A stretch of DNA of 59,193 nt from Clostridiales bacterium (GTDB lineage Bacteria > Bacillota > Clostridia > Ch29). This document shows, piece after piece, positions 17,924 through 27,489 of the stretch; the first letter of the stretch is position 1; the number at the start of each line of letters is the position of its first letter. The position numbers and the translations under genes were made by a program. Under the pieces are notes generated by a model. It ran no database searches. It saw only the letters and a list, made by a program, of their open reading frames with translations, and was not told where the DNA came from. The stretch lies in contig JAAYJF010000061.1 in the NCBI GenBank assembly GCA_012523075.1, positions 1-59,193 on the forward strand, read 5' to 3'.

Positions 17924-19252
17924 CTATACTCCTCCTTTATTCTCCCTTTCCCTTACCACAATCCTAACAGGCGTCCCTTCAAAGCCGAAGGCTTCCCTGA
18001 GCTGGTTTTCTATATAACGGAGATAGGAAAAATGCATAAGCTCTCTGTTGTTAACAAACAGCGCAAAGGAGGGAGGCTTTACCCCGAACTGGGTACCATA
18101 GAAAATCTTAAGCCTCTTACCCTTGTCGGAGGGGGGCTGGTTTATAAGCGTGGCTTCGCCTATTACGTCGTTCAGCACCCCGGTGGTAACTCTCAACGCA
18201 GCATTTGCGGCTACCTTGTCCACAAGATCTAGTATCCGGCCCACCCTCTGTCCGGTCTTTGCCGACACAAAAACTATTGGTGCATAATCTATAAAGGCAA
18301 GCTTTGTCCTAATGCTTCGCTTATATTCTTCGGTTGTCCCGGTCTGTTTCTCATAAAGGTCCCACTTGTTTACCACCACTATACAGGCCTTGCCCTCCTT
18401 ATGAATATGGCCGGCAATTTTGGTGTCCTGATCGGTAGGCCCCTGGCAGGCGTCTATTACAAGTATGCTCACATCGCTCCTTGTTACCGCAGTCAGCGCT
18501 CTTATTACGCTGTACTTTTCTATCGCATCTTCTATACGGCTCTTTCTTCTTATGCCGGCGGTGTCTATAAATATGTACTCCCTGCCTTCAGCCGTCAAGG
18601 GGGTGTCTATTGCGTCCCTCGTGGTTCCGGGCACGTCGCTTACTATAACCCTGTCTTCCCCCAAGATTCTGTTAAGCAGTGACGATTTGCCCACATTGGG
18701 TTTACCCAGTATCGCAACCCTGGTGATGTCAGCATCCTCCTCCTCGCCCCTTCGCGCGGGAAACCTTGCCACCACCTCGTCCAGCAAATCGCCAAGCCCC
18801 AGCTGCTGTCCTGCGGATATGGGTATGGGGCTTCCCAGGCCCAGGTTGTAGAACTCGTAAATATCCTTTTCTCTTTTTTCCGAATCCACCTTGTTGCATA
18901 CAAGCAACACCGGTTTATTGGTTTTCCTCAGCATGTCCGCCACCTCATGGTCGGTGGAGGTCATTCCCTCCCTTGCATCCACCATAAACAGTATAACATC
19001 CGCCGTATCAATGGCTATCGCAGACTGCTCCCTCATTTGTTCAAGGATTGGGTCCTTTGTTGAAAACTCTATGCCCCCGGTATCTATCAGCGTGAATTTA
19101 TGGTCCAACCATTCCACGTCGGCATATATCCTGTCCCTTGTTACACCGGGAGTATCCTCGACGATGGATATTCTTTTTCCAGCTATTTTATTGAAGAAGG
19201 TTGACTTTCCAACGTTGGGCCTTCCTACAATCGCTACTATAGGTTTGGTCAT
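17924..19252 (-). CDS. der: Ribosome biogenesis GTPase Der (EngA)
   Basis: Two G domains (GRPNVGKS, GKPNVGKS) and a KH-like tail FGFEGTP. Confidence 0.98.
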   Translation of the reverse strand: MTKPIVAIVGRPNVGKSTFFNKIAGKRISIVEDTPGVTRDRIYADVEWLDHKFTLIDTGGIEFSTKDPILEQMREQSAIAIDTADVILFMVDAREGMTSTDHEVADMLRKTNKPVLLVCNKVDSEKREKDIYEFYNLGLGSPIPISAGQQLGLGDLLDEVVARFPARRGEEEDADITRVAILGKPNVGKSSLLNRILGEDRVIVSDVPGTTRDAIDTPLTAEGREYIFIDTAGIRRKSRIEDAIEKYSVIRALTAVTRSDVSILVIDACQGPTDQDTKIAGHIHKEGKACIVVVNKWDLYEKQTGTTEEYKRSIRTKLAFIDYAPIVFVSAKTGQRVGRILDLVDKVAANAALRVTTGVLNDVIGEATLINQPPSDKGKRLKIFYGTQFGVKPPSFALFVNNRELMHFSYLRYIENQLREAFGFEGTPVRIVVRERENKGGV

Positions 19253-20571
19253 TTCAAATCCTCCCGGATTATTTTTTGCAAAAAATCCCCGCCGTCCACC
19301 GGGCAGACTTCCACCTCTACGCCGAGACTCTCCCGGACCGTCGTTACCGTTACATCATCAAGGAAAACCTCTTCTCCGGATTTCAGCATGTTTTCGGGTA
19401 CTAGCAGCCTGTCGCCCAGTTCCTTTCCCCTAAGCTGCCTTATCAGGTCGCCGCCGGTAACAAGTCCCGACACATCGATGGTGTCCCCAAAGAATTCGTT
19501 TACTACCGGATGTACATGCACCTTTATGTCACGCGCAGCCTCCTTGATTCTCCTTACCAGTACTCTTACAAAGTTCCCTGCCGCCACACCGGTTGCCATA
19601 GAAACGCTGCCGGGCCTTTGCCTTTCCCAGGCCGTCTTTTCAAATTGGCGGTCAAACTGTTGCTGGAACAGGGCCATCATACCTATTCCGTTTTCCAGCT
19701 GCGGAAAGTCCTGGTAGGCTTCCGCCTCCGGTACCGGCAGCCCTGCCTTAAGGTATAATTCGTCGGCCGCGTACACAACCCTGCTTTCATACTCCTTTTG
19801 AAATGTTTTTTGCCATTTCTCTACAGTACCCACCACCCGGACGGCATCCTCGCCGCCAAAGGGCCTTATAGGGTAAAGCCCTTTCCTGTGTTTGGTAATG
19901 CCCACCGGCACCACTCCTATACTCCTTATACCCTGTCCCATATTATATAAATCCTTTAGCGTCCTTTCGAGGTTTTCCCCATCATTTATCCCGGGGCAAA
20001 GCACTATCTGGCAGTTAATCACCAGTCCCTTCTCAAGAAAGGTACGCATTGCCCCAAGAGCCTCGCCGGCCTTCGGGTTACCGAGCATGCTGGCCCTTAG
20101 CCCCGGGTGGGTGGTGTGTACCGATACATTGAGCGGGCTTATCCTATATTTTATTATCCTTTCAATATCCGCTTTCTCAAGGTTTGTAAGGGATATGTAG
20201 TTGCCCTGCAAAAAAGAGAGCCTGGAATCGTCGTCCTTGAAGTATAGGCTTTTTCTCATCCCCTTTGGCAGCTGGTCAATAAAGCAGAAAATACACTTGT
20301 TTGTGCAGCTTTTGCCCCGGTCCATAAGCCCCGTTTCAAACTCCAGCCCCAGGTCCTCATGGGGTTCCTTTTGTATCTCCAGCAGCCACTCCTCGCCGGA
20401 GGCCTTTCGTATCAACACCTCTATGTAGTCATCGTTTATTAAAAATCTGTATTCCAAAACGTCCTCCACCGGACTGCCGTTTATCTTAAGCAGCACATCC
20501 CCGGGTTGGACGTCCAGCTCCTCCGCAATGCTTCCTTTTTCAACCACCTTAATAGGGTGAACCCTAGGCAT
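19249..20571 (-). CDS. DUF512 radical-SAM Fe-S protein with N-terminal PDZ domain
   Basis: CTNKCIFC (CX3CX2C), LYFKDDDSRLSFLQGNY, PGINDG. Start ATG 20571 after GGAGG. Confidence 0.9.
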   Translation of the reverse strand: MPRVHPIKVVEKGSIAEELDVQPGDVLLKINGSPVEDVLEYRFLINDDYIEVLIRKASGEEWLLEIQKEPHEDLGLEFETGLMDRGKSCTNKCIFCFIDQLPKGMRKSLYFKDDDSRLSFLQGNYISLTNLEKADIERIIKYRISPLNVSVHTTHPGLRASMLGNPKAGEALGAMRTFLEKGLVINCQIVLCPGINDGENLERTLKDLYNMGQGIRSIGVVPVGITKHRKGLYPIRPFGGEDAVRVVGTVEKWQKTFQKEYESRVVYAADELYLKAGLPVPEAEAYQDFPQLENGIGMMALFQQQFDRQFEKTAWERQRPGSVSMATGVAAGNFVRVLVRRIKEAARDIKVHVHPVVNEFFGDTIDVSGLVTGGDLIRQLRGKELGDRLLVPENMLKSGEEVFLDDVTVTTVRESLGVEVEVCPVDGGDFLQKIIREDLK

Positions 20572-20716
20572 AATTATTACCTCCATCTAGTACCAGCTAC
20601 TAATATTATATCATAATATACTTGGGGGATATATACAACTATTATCCCATCTTTTCGCAATAAAGCAAAGGGATTCCGCATTCTTTCAGAAACACGAAAT
20701 CCCCTGGCCGTTAGTG

Positions 20717-20911
20717 TTAATGTTTCACAATTATCAGGCAGCCGTTCTCCAGGTCATGCACCATTCCCGAGGTAACCTTTGAGAGCAAAAGCGCCACCCG
20801 TTCCCTTTGCTCCTCGTCCTCGGCGTAGAACACTGGTGCGGAGGAGTGAATAACCCTTTCCCTGTCGGTTGTTACTATGGCAAGGATTGCTTCCCTAATA
20901 GCAGTATCCAT
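20717..20911 (-). CDS. Small YIEGIA-associated capping-subunit-like protein
   Basis: ILAIVTT...APVFYA...VHDLENG..IIVKH, directly after the YIEGIA gene. Confidence 0.75.
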   Translation of the reverse strand: MDTAIREAILAIVTTDRERVIHSSAPVFYAEDEEQRERVALLLSKVTSGMVHDLENGCLIIVKH

Positions 20912-20920
20912 AGGTCACCT

Positions 20921-21814
20921 CTAATCCGCCGCTTTCCTGCCGGCAGGAGAATCCAGCGGTTTTCTTTTGGAGCTCTCCAACACTGGAGTCCTTTTTACCG
21001 CTTCAATAAGGCATTCTATATCTGGCTCCATAGAAAAAATCGCCATAACTATATCTCCGCTCTCGGTATTCCTTCCGGAACTGGGCATAAACTCCGGCTC
21101 GTCTACATCCTTTCTTACGCCCAGCTGTGTCGCTGCGTTGTGGACTAGCGCCTGTCTTTGTCCAACGTTACCCAGTGTAACTCGGGCATTATCATCCCGT
21201 GGAATTATTTTGACCGCTATAGCCCGGGTGAGGTACATTTCCCTTGCCTTTGCAAGGCCCACGTTCATAAGCTCCACCCCGTCCACCATAAGAAGAGGCC
21301 CTTCAAATTCAATCTTCGCCGCAACAACCTCCGCCATGTCCCCTATCTTCTCACCCTTTAAGGAATAAACAACGCCTAAAAAAACGGCTACCCCCGCAAG
21401 AACCCCTGCAGCAATGCTGTCAGACAAATAGACAACAAGGCTCGTCGACAGGGCGGTAACCATCGCAATATAGTTTCTTGCTTCAAAGGTCTTGGCAATA
21501 TCCTCAATATAGTCAGAACCACGCGGTACAAGCTCTGTTTTATCAACGCTTTCCAGGCTGTCCCGCTCCATACCCCTAATCTCCCTAAACTGCTGGGCCG
21601 CCAGGGCAAGGAAGGTGACTGCCGTATATTCCTTTTCCGCCAGGGCAGGCACTGCGATTGCCCCAAGAGCAGCGGCAATAATCCCCAGCACCAGGTGTGT
21701 TACATAGCCCCTTGGGAAGCTGGGATACTGCCTGTAGTCGGCTCTAAGAAGCAAAAGCCTGCCTGCGCTTCCTATAACCAATCCGGATACCAGCACCCGG
21801 CCGTAATCCGCCAT
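20921..21814 (-). CDS. YIEGIA family membrane protein
   Basis: DYRQYPSFP, AAQQFREIR, VPRGSDYIEDIAKTFEARNY. Confidence 0.88.
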   Translation of the reverse strand: MADYGRVLVSGLVIGSAGRLLLLRADYRQYPSFPRGYVTHLVLGIIAAALGAIAVPALAEKEYTAVTFLALAAQQFREIRGMERDSLESVDKTELVPRGSDYIEDIAKTFEARNYIAMVTALSTSLVVYLSDSIAAGVLAGVAVFLGVVYSLKGEKIGDMAEVVAAKIEFEGPLLMVDGVELMNVGLAKAREMYLTRAIAVKIIPRDDNARVTLGNVGQRQALVHNAATQLGVRKDVDEPEFMPSSGRNTESGDIVMAIFSMEPDIECLIEAVKRTPVLESSKRKPLDSPAGRKAAD

Positions 21815-21817
21815 GGT

Positions 21818-22933
21818 TTACTTGTCGCCGTCCCTTTTATTTCTCCGCGCCAGGAAGCTGCCAAACTCCTTCCTTGCAAAGCCCTTTGCCTTGGAGAAAA
21901 ACTCCCTGCCCCCGGTGCTGAGGAACAGAAAGGCCAGTCCTCCTAAACCGGCGATTGCCACAAGCCAGGCTATCCCTGAGCCGGAACCTTCGCTGCTCTC
22001 CTGGGCTCCTTGAACCCCTCCGCCCTTTTCGGTAGCACCGCCGTACAGAGCCTTTGTTACTATTTCAGCAAAAATCCCGGCACTGTTCTCCGCCCTTTCC
22101 CTGGTGTGCTCATGGGTCCCGAATTCGAACAGCAGGGCCCGCGGAGCAAGGTCCTGGTTATAGTTACCCCTAGCGTAGAAAAAATCCTTTATAAAGCCGG
22201 GATGGGTATCATCGGCAATCGCTTTAATCTTACGGGCCAGTTCCTCGTTTGCCTTAAGGTTTTGGTTCCTCCTACCCAGAACAATCCTTATTTTTGCCAC
22301 GGGAGTCTCGTTTATTGTGTCAATATAGTGCTCCTTGGGTATGGCATCCCTGTGAATATCAAATATTGCATCCGGCCCTTCCTGCAAAAGCTTCATGGCC
22401 GTCCTCCTGGAGCGGACGTAGGAATTTGCATCGTGGGGCTCGTGGGAGGTAGTATTTACTGTGGTCTTCACCCCATATTTCTCAAAGCCCTTCTTGAAGG
22501 CCTCTCCAACTTCTACTATACCGCCGCGACCCGGTTTGCTATGGGTGCCGTCGGTAGGTACATAGGATTCCGCGTTGTGGCTGAAATACAGGGCTATCCG
22601 TTTTTCCTTTTCAGCTACCTGCATGGTCTCGGTTACAAATATCTCGTCTATCTCGGGCATTTTCACGTCTTCCACAAAGCGAGCAAAGGCCTTTTTATTG
22701 TCCCGGTCCACCTCCACAACCTCATACAACTTGTCATCAGTGCTGTGGTATTTGTCTCCCACATCCACCTCCCACGAAGTGGCAAAAACCTCGTCCTCGG
22801 TATCCTCCTCGTACACGACGTAATATCCCCTGCTGCTGTGCTCAAACCCACCGGTATCGGCATAGGCAACCACTCCGGCCAGCAGCGACACCGCTATGAG
22901 AATGAAAATAGAGATTGTCATTTTATTCTTCAT
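21818..22933 (-). CDS. spoIIP: Stage II sporulation protein P-family amidase with an extra C-terminal TM segment
   Basis: YFSHNAESY, SYVRSRRT, FDIHRDA, NYNQDL, LFEFG. Start moved to ATG 22933 (MKNKMTISI). Confidence 0.85.
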   Translation of the reverse strand: MKNKMTISIFILIAVSLLAGVVAYADTGGFEHSSRGYYVVYEEDTEDEVFATSWEVDVGDKYHSTDDKLYEVVEVDRDNKKAFARFVEDVKMPEIDEIFVTETMQVAEKEKRIALYFSHNAESYVPTDGTHSKPGRGGIVEVGEAFKKGFEKYGVKTTVNTTSHEPHDANSYVRSRRTAMKLLQEGPDAIFDIHRDAIPKEHYIDTINETPVAKIRIVLGRRNQNLKANEELARKIKAIADDTHPGFIKDFFYARGNYNQDLAPRALLFEFGTHEHTRERAENSAGIFAEIVTKALYGGATEKGGGVQGAQESSEGSGSGIAWLVAIAGLGGLAFLFLSTGGREFFSKAKGFARKEFGSFLARRNKRDGDK

Positions 22934-23618
22934 CCGTATCCCCGCCGTTCCTTTGCATATTGTCTTTGCTTTCCACAAATTCGCCTTTGTCAAAGGCCAT
23001 ATCCTTTTTCTCGGTGCCCCCCTGTATCTTTTCCCTTGTCTCTCCCACAATCTCTGCCAGCACCACCGCGAACACGCCGGCAATTACGGTGGCATCAAAG
23101 GCACCTGCGCCGCCAAAAACAGTTCTTCCAGGGCTTCCGGTATAACCGTTCACCACCGCTTGCACCAGGTCACTTAATACTATAGCCATAATGCCTGCAA
23201 TAAAGGCCGCCCTTCTTGACCTGCCCAACAGATAAGCAATGCCTCCCCCAATAATTGCGTACAGGTAATAGTAGTTCATAAACTGGTTCTCCTCCGGCCC
23301 TGCGGGCAGAAACTTGCTCAGGCCGTAAACAGCCGCCCCTGCCGCAATGGAAGCAACAACAGCCCGGGTTCTTTCCTTGGTAGTACCGGCCTTAATGAAA
23401 AGGTACACAGCCAGGGCCACCGGGATAATAGCTCCCCCTACGTTAATTGCGACATTCCTTGTTATGCCTATATCGGGTATAAATGTGCCCACCAGCATTG
23501 CTGCAATAACCGCAAGGGCACCTCCGTCAGTAAGTCTTAACCTATCCAGCACCCTGTGGGCAACTCCTAAAAGTACGAGCACCGACACAAGCACAAGTAT
23601 CACTAATCCAACCGGCAT
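22923..23618 (-). CDS. DUF1614 family membrane protein
   Basis: HRVLDRLRL, INVGGAIIP, GRSRRAAF, FGGAGAFD. Confidence 0.85.
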   Translation of the reverse strand: MPVGLVILVLVSVLVLLGVAHRVLDRLRLTDGGALAVIAAMLVGTFIPDIGITRNVAINVGGAIIPVALAVYLFIKAGTTKERTRAVVASIAAGAAVYGLSKFLPAGPEENQFMNYYYLYAIIGGGIAYLLGRSRRAAFIAGIMAIVLSDLVQAVVNGYTGSPGRTVFGGAGAFDATVIAGVFAVVLAEIVGETREKIQGGTEKKDMAFDKGEFVESKDNMQRNGGDTDEE

Positions 23619-23649
23619 TTCCTCACCCCATTCTTTAGTATTTCAGTAC

Positions 23650-23679
23650 TAGATTTCCCTCCGTCGAAAAAATCTATTC
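23650..23679 (-). promoter_or_regulatory. Putative sigmaF-type promoter for the DUF1614-spoIIP-YIEGIA operon
   Basis: Minus strand GAATA-15 nt-GGGAAATCTA. Confidence 0.6.
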
Positions 23680-23724
23680 ATTTAGCAGCGTATTGGGCTT
23701 TGCTCAGGCCTTGCATTTTGACAT

Positions 23725-23747
23725 AAAAAAAAGGAGACTTAGTCTCC
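23725..23747 (-). terminator. Terminator after pgeF
   Basis: Minus strand GGAGACTAAGTCTCC hairpin followed by T8. Confidence 0.75.
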
Positions 23748-23794
23748 GTTCAAACCTAACAAAAGTCCTATTAATCAATATGATAGCATGATAG

Positions 23795-23814
23795 GGCTTC
23801 ATGAAACGCTGGCG
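23795..23814 (+). repeat. Isolated end of the 47281 hairpin element
   Basis: GGCTTCATGAAACGCT is identical to 47282-47297, followed by (G/A)GCG. Confidence 0.55.
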
Positions 23815-23840
23815 CAGGCTAATCGGGAACATACCGCATT

Positions 23841-24665
23841 TTATATCTCACTTCCTATTAACTGCATCAAGGCAGCGAGACTGCCGGCATCCTTTCCTTC
23901 CCGTCTGTACGAATAAAACAGCTCCGAGTTGCATCGGGTACACAGCCTGCTATCGGTGATGTTTTGCTCCTTCACACCGGCCTTTCGCAGCAGCGCTTTG
24001 TTTGTGCTTTGCAAGTCGAGAAGGTATTTGTCCTTCCCAAGGGATACCGTAACGTCCCTCCAGTCCCCCAGGTTCTCCTGCAGCCTTGATATAACCGGCC
24101 CGTCCACCTCATAGCAGTCCCTGCAAATGGATGGTCCAATCCCCACCAGAATATCCTCTGGTTTAGAGGCGAAGGCATCCTTCATTCCCACCACCGTTTC
24201 CCTGGCAATACCGGCAACGGTACCCTTCCACCCGGCATGGGACAAACCGATGGCCTGCCTTTGCGGGTCTAAAAAGAAAAGAGGTACGCAGTCAGCGTAA
24301 AAGGTGATAAGGGTGAGCCCCCTTTTATTGGTTATTAGTCCGTCGGTGTTTTTGATATCGGAGTCCCGCCATATACCTTTGCCTGCATCCCCTGCAGTAA
24401 CCTGTCTTATACTCGTGCCATGCACCTGATGGGACAGAACCAGGCTTTTCCTGTCCAGGCCCAACACGCTGCACAGCTTTTCAAAATTGGCCACTACGCT
24501 CTCCCTTGTATCCGGCCTTGAAAAGCCTAGGTTCAACCCCTTTACCCGTCCGCTGCTCATTCCCCCGACCTTTGTGGTGAAACAATGCTTTACAAGCCCT
24601 GTTTGGTCAAAGGAGGGTACAGTAAAATAAATAAGGCCGTCCCGATCATGTCTTTTAAAGGTCAT
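23841..24665 (-). CDS. pgeF: Peptidoglycan editing factor PgeF (YfiH/YlmD, laccase-like nucleoside enzyme)
   Basis: HQVHG, DGLIT, YADCVP, HAGWKGT, IGPSIC, FYSYRR. Confidence 0.94.
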   Translation of the reverse strand: MTFKRHDRDGLIYFTVPSFDQTGLVKHCFTTKVGGMSSGRVKGLNLGFSRPDTRESVVANFEKLCSVLGLDRKSLVLSHQVHGTSIRQVTAGDAGKGIWRDSDIKNTDGLITNKRGLTLITFYADCVPLFFLDPQRQAIGLSHAGWKGTVAGIARETVVGMKDAFASKPEDILVGIGPSICRDCYEVDGPVISRLQENLGDWRDVTVSLGKDKYLLDLQSTNKALLRKAGVKEQNITDSRLCTRCNSELFYSYRREGKDAGSLAALMQLIGSEI

Positions 24666-25143
24666 TTGTCTCCTCCGCAGATGCCTGACTTTCCTTGTCC
24701 AGCAGTTTACTGAGCTCCTCCATAAAGGTGTTTATATCCTTGAACTGGCGGTACACCGAAGCGAACCTTACGTAGGCCACCTCGTCCAACGCTTTAAGCT
24801 TTTCCATTATTATTTCGCCTATTGTTTTGCTGGTTATTTCCTTATCTGTCATATTATATAGATCTTTTTCAACTTCGTCCGCCAAATCATTTATTCTGTT
24901 CACCGATATGGGCCTTTTTTCAGTGGCCTTTATTATCCCATTCAGTACCTTTTCCCTGTTAAAGCTTTCCCTCCTGCCGTCCTTTTTAACCACCATAAGG
25001 GGAAGACGGTCAAGTTTCTCGTAGGTGGTAAATCGCCGGCAGCACTGGCTGCATTCCCTTCTGCGTCGGATGGTAAACCCCTCGTCGGCGGGCCTGGAAT
25101 CAACCACTTTTGATTCCAGGTTGCCGCAAAATGGACATTTCAT
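24655..25143 (-). CDS. nrdR: Transcriptional repressor NrdR
   Basis: MKCPFC...RRRREC..C..RFTTYE, ATP cone, [10 protein letters not shown]. Confidence 0.97.
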   Translation of the reverse strand: MKCPFCGNLESKVVDSRPADEGFTIRRRRECSQCCRRFTTYEKLDRLPLMVVKKDGRRESFNREKVLNGIIKATEKRPISVNRINDLADEVEKDLYNMTDKEITSKTIGEIIMEKLKALDEVAYVRFASVYRQFKDINTFMEELSKLLDKESQASAEETNDL

Positions 25144-25220
25144 ACTCTCAATCCCCCTGACATGCTTGGCTTAACCTATGTATGAATTATATTATATTAG
25201 CTCAATATTTTCCAGGGGGG

Positions 25221-25478
25221 TTACTCTCTTTCCATCTCTATGGTCTCTTTAAACTCAACCAGTATCACATCTATACCGATATTCATAATATCCTTCCAGG
25301 GTATCGCCAGGTCGTTTTCCCTATTAAAAAAGCCAAAAAATTTACCCGGCCCCGGGATAATGATTGCCTCCACCTTTCCTTCCTCAAGATTTACCTCTAT
25401 ATCCGAGATAGGCCCCAGATTCCTTCCCTCTTTAAACGTAATAACTTCCTTTTCTGCCAGGTCGGATGTTCTTATCAT
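25221..25478 (-). CDS. ylmC: YlmC/YmxH family PRC-barrel sporulation protein
   Basis: MIRTSDLAEKEVI...G.NLG.ISDIE...IPWKDI..IGIDVILV; ATG 25478 after AGGTGG. Confidence 0.9.
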   Translation of the reverse strand: MIRTSDLAEKEVITFKEGRNLGPISDIEVNLEEGKVEAIIIPGPGKFFGFFNRENDLAIPWKDIMNIGIDVILVEFKETIEMERE

Positions 25479-25532
25479 AAAGCGCACCACCTTATTATAT
25501 ATAACGTGATAATAATATTACATTACTTCACT

Positions 25533-25780
25533 TGTCATTCTGAAGGCGAAGCCTGAAGAATCCGGTTTTGCCGCTTAAGAACGCAGTGAAGAATCCAACG
25601 TCGTCGTTCTGAGGGCGAAGCCCGAAGAATCCGGCTTTGCGTTCTGAACGTAGTGAAGAATCTTCTAGGAGACAGACATAAGGTCCTTCGCTGCGCAAGG
25701 TCCTTCGCTACGCTCAGGATGACAAAGAGTTCGCTCAGGATGACACGCCAGAAGATGTAAAGCTTTAACACTTTATATAT
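25533..25780 (+). repeat. Composite REP-like element, copy 2
   Basis: Four forward units (e.g. TGTCATTCTGAAGGCGAAGCCTGAAGAATCC) face reverse units (GGTCCTTCGCTACGCTCAGGATGACA), then the tail CGCCAGAAGATGTAAAG. Confidence 0.88.
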
Positions 25781-25804
25781 ATGTTGGACAAGGGGTGTTT
25801 ATGC
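25775..25804 (-). promoter_or_regulatory. Putative sigmaE promoter of ylmC
   Basis: Minus strand GCATAAA-14 nt-CATATATA, near-consensus sigmaE. Confidence 0.65.
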
Positions 25805-25810
25805 AAATAA

Positions 25811-25842
25811 AAAAATCCGTGATACTTAAATCACAGATTTTT
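25811..25842. terminator. Terminator after sigG
   Basis: AAAAATCCGTGAT-ACTTAA-ATCACAGATTTTT. Confidence 0.7.
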
Positions 25843-26615
25843 CACATATGCTTTTTCATATGGTTTAGGGCCGATTTCTCCAACCGTGACACCTGGGCCT
25901 GGGAAATTCCAATCTCCTCTGCCACCTCCATCTGGGTTCTACCTTCAAAAAACCGCAGGTTTAGTATCAGTTTCTCCCTGTCGTTCAGCTTTCTCATTGC
26001 CTCCCTTAAGGCTATCCCCTCCAGCCACACCTCATCGGAGTTCTTTTCATCCTTCACCTGGTCCATTACAAATATTGCGTCCCCGCTGTCGTGATATATC
26101 GGTTCAAACAGAGAAACCGGGTCCTGTATCGCATCCAGTGCGAACACCACCTCTTCCCTGGGCATATCCAGCTCCTTGGATATCTCGGATATGGTGGGCT
26201 CCTTTGAATGCTTGTTTATAAGCTGGTCCCGTACCTGAAGCGCTCTGTAGGCGATATCCCGCAGTGACCTGCTCACCCTTATGGAATTGTTGTCCCTTAA
26301 ATATCTTCTGATTTCACCTATTATCATTGGAACTGCGTAGGTCGAAAACTTAACGTTCTGGCTTAGGTCAAAGTTGTCTATTGCTTTAATTAGGCCGACG
26401 CACCCTACTTGAAAAAGGTCATCAAGGTACTCCCCCCTGTTGTTGAATCTCTGTATAACGCTTAATACCAGCCGGAGGTTGCCCCTTATGAACTTCTCCC
26501 GGGCGCTCTTGTCGCCGTTGTGCATTTTTGCAAAAAGCGCCCTCATCTCTTCGTTGGTAAGCACAGGAAGCTTGGACGTATTTACGCCGCATATTTCTAC
26601 TTTGTTTATGTGCAT
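25842..26615 (-). CDS. sigG: Sporulation sigma factor SigG
   Basis: NKVEICGVNTSKLPVL, DDLFQVGCVGL, STYAVPMIIGEIRRYLRDN. Start ATG 26615 (257 aa). Confidence 0.97.
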   Translation of the reverse strand: MHINKVEICGVNTSKLPVLTNEEMRALFAKMHNGDKSAREKFIRGNLRLVLSVIQRFNNRGEYLDDLFQVGCVGLIKAIDNFDLSQNVKFSTYAVPMIIGEIRRYLRDNNSIRVSRSLRDIAYRALQVRDQLINKHSKEPTISEISKELDMPREEVVFALDAIQDPVSLFEPIYHDSGDAIFVMDQVKDEKNSDEVWLEGIALREAMRKLNDREKLILNLRFFEGRTQMEVAEEIGISQAQVSRLEKSALNHMKKHM

Positions 26616-26676
26616 TGCATCAACCTTCTTTCGCTCATCAACTGACATCTCTGATTATTCCACCCACCGGATTCTT

Positions 26677-26724
26677 TTATACATGAAAAAACCGCCACGT
26701 AGCTGGCAGTTTTTTCATGTATAA
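26677..26724. terminator. Long hairpin between sigE and sigG, overlapping the putative sigG -35 (GTATA)
   Basis: TTATACATGAAAAAACCGCCA-CGTAGC-TGGCAGTTTTTTCATGTATAA; minus strand GTATA...GGAATAAT promoter-like sequence adjoins it. Confidence 0.65.
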
Positions 26725-26743
26725 ACGGCTTTTAAAGGTCATG

Positions 26744-27478
26744 TCATACCATTCTGCTAATTTCCTTTTTTAGCCTTTTTATTATCCTTTTTTCTAGCCT
26801 TGATATATAGGACTGGGATATGCCCAAAAGGTCGGCCACCTCTTTCTGGGTCCTCTCCTCCCCCCCGTCCAGACCGAACCGAAGCCTCATTATCCTTTTC
26901 TCCCGTTCGCTCAGTTTTCCCATTGCAAGCCCTAACAGTTCCCTGTCCACTTCCCTCTCCAGGCATTTAAAAATAATATCATTTTCGGTTCCCAGTATAT
27001 CCGAGAGCAGCAGTTCATTGCCGTCCCAGTCTATGTTAAGCGGTTCATCGAAGGATATCTCCGCTTTCAGTTTGCTGTTTCTTCTAATATACATAAGTAT
27101 CTCATTCTCTATGCACCTTGACGCATAGGTAGCCAGTTTTATCTGTTTATCCGGGTCAAAGGTGTTGACAGCTTTTATGAGCCCGATGGTCCCTATTGAA
27201 ATCAGGTCCTCAACGCATATGCCGGTATTCTCGAACTTTCTGGCTATGTATACAACCAGTCGGAGGTTGCGTTCTATTAGTACAGTCTGTACAGATTTTT
27301 CGCCTTCCTTAAGCCTTGCAACGAGGTAATTCTCCTCATCGGCGCTCAGCGGAGGCGGCAGCGCTTCACTGCCCCCAATGTAGAATATCCGCGCCGGATG
27401 GAAAATCCGCATATAATACAAGAGCTTCATCAGGTAAATTTGTACAATCAATCTGCATCGGCGCAGCATTACACCCAC
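26744..27478 (-). CDS. sigE: Pro-sigmaE sporulation sigma factor
   Basis: N-terminal pro-sequence, then [48 protein letters not shown]. Confidence 0.97.
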   Translation of the reverse strand: MGVMLRRCRLIVQIYLMKLLYYMRIFHPARIFYIGGSEALPPPLSADEENYLVARLKEGEKSVQTVLIERNLRLVVYIARKFENTGICVEDLISIGTIGLIKAVNTFDPDKQIKLATYASRCIENEILMYIRRNSKLKAEISFDEPLNIDWDGNELLLSDILGTENDIIFKCLEREVDRELLGLAMGKLSEREKRIMRLRFGLDGGEERTQKEVADLLGISQSYISRLEKRIIKRLKKEISRMV

Positions 27479-27489
27479 ATTCTTCCCCC

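Noticed and set aside
22934-23083. N-terminal extension of SpoIIP in the ORF track
   Set aside because: Overlaps DUF1614 in another frame; the signal/TM segment begins at ATG 22933.
22010-23185. 391-aa plus-strand ORF
   Set aside because: Antisense shadow of spoIIP/DUF1614 with no recognisable motif.
25535-25771. 78-aa ORF (VILSVAKDL...)
   Set aside because: Translation of the REP-like repeat, a typical spurious product.
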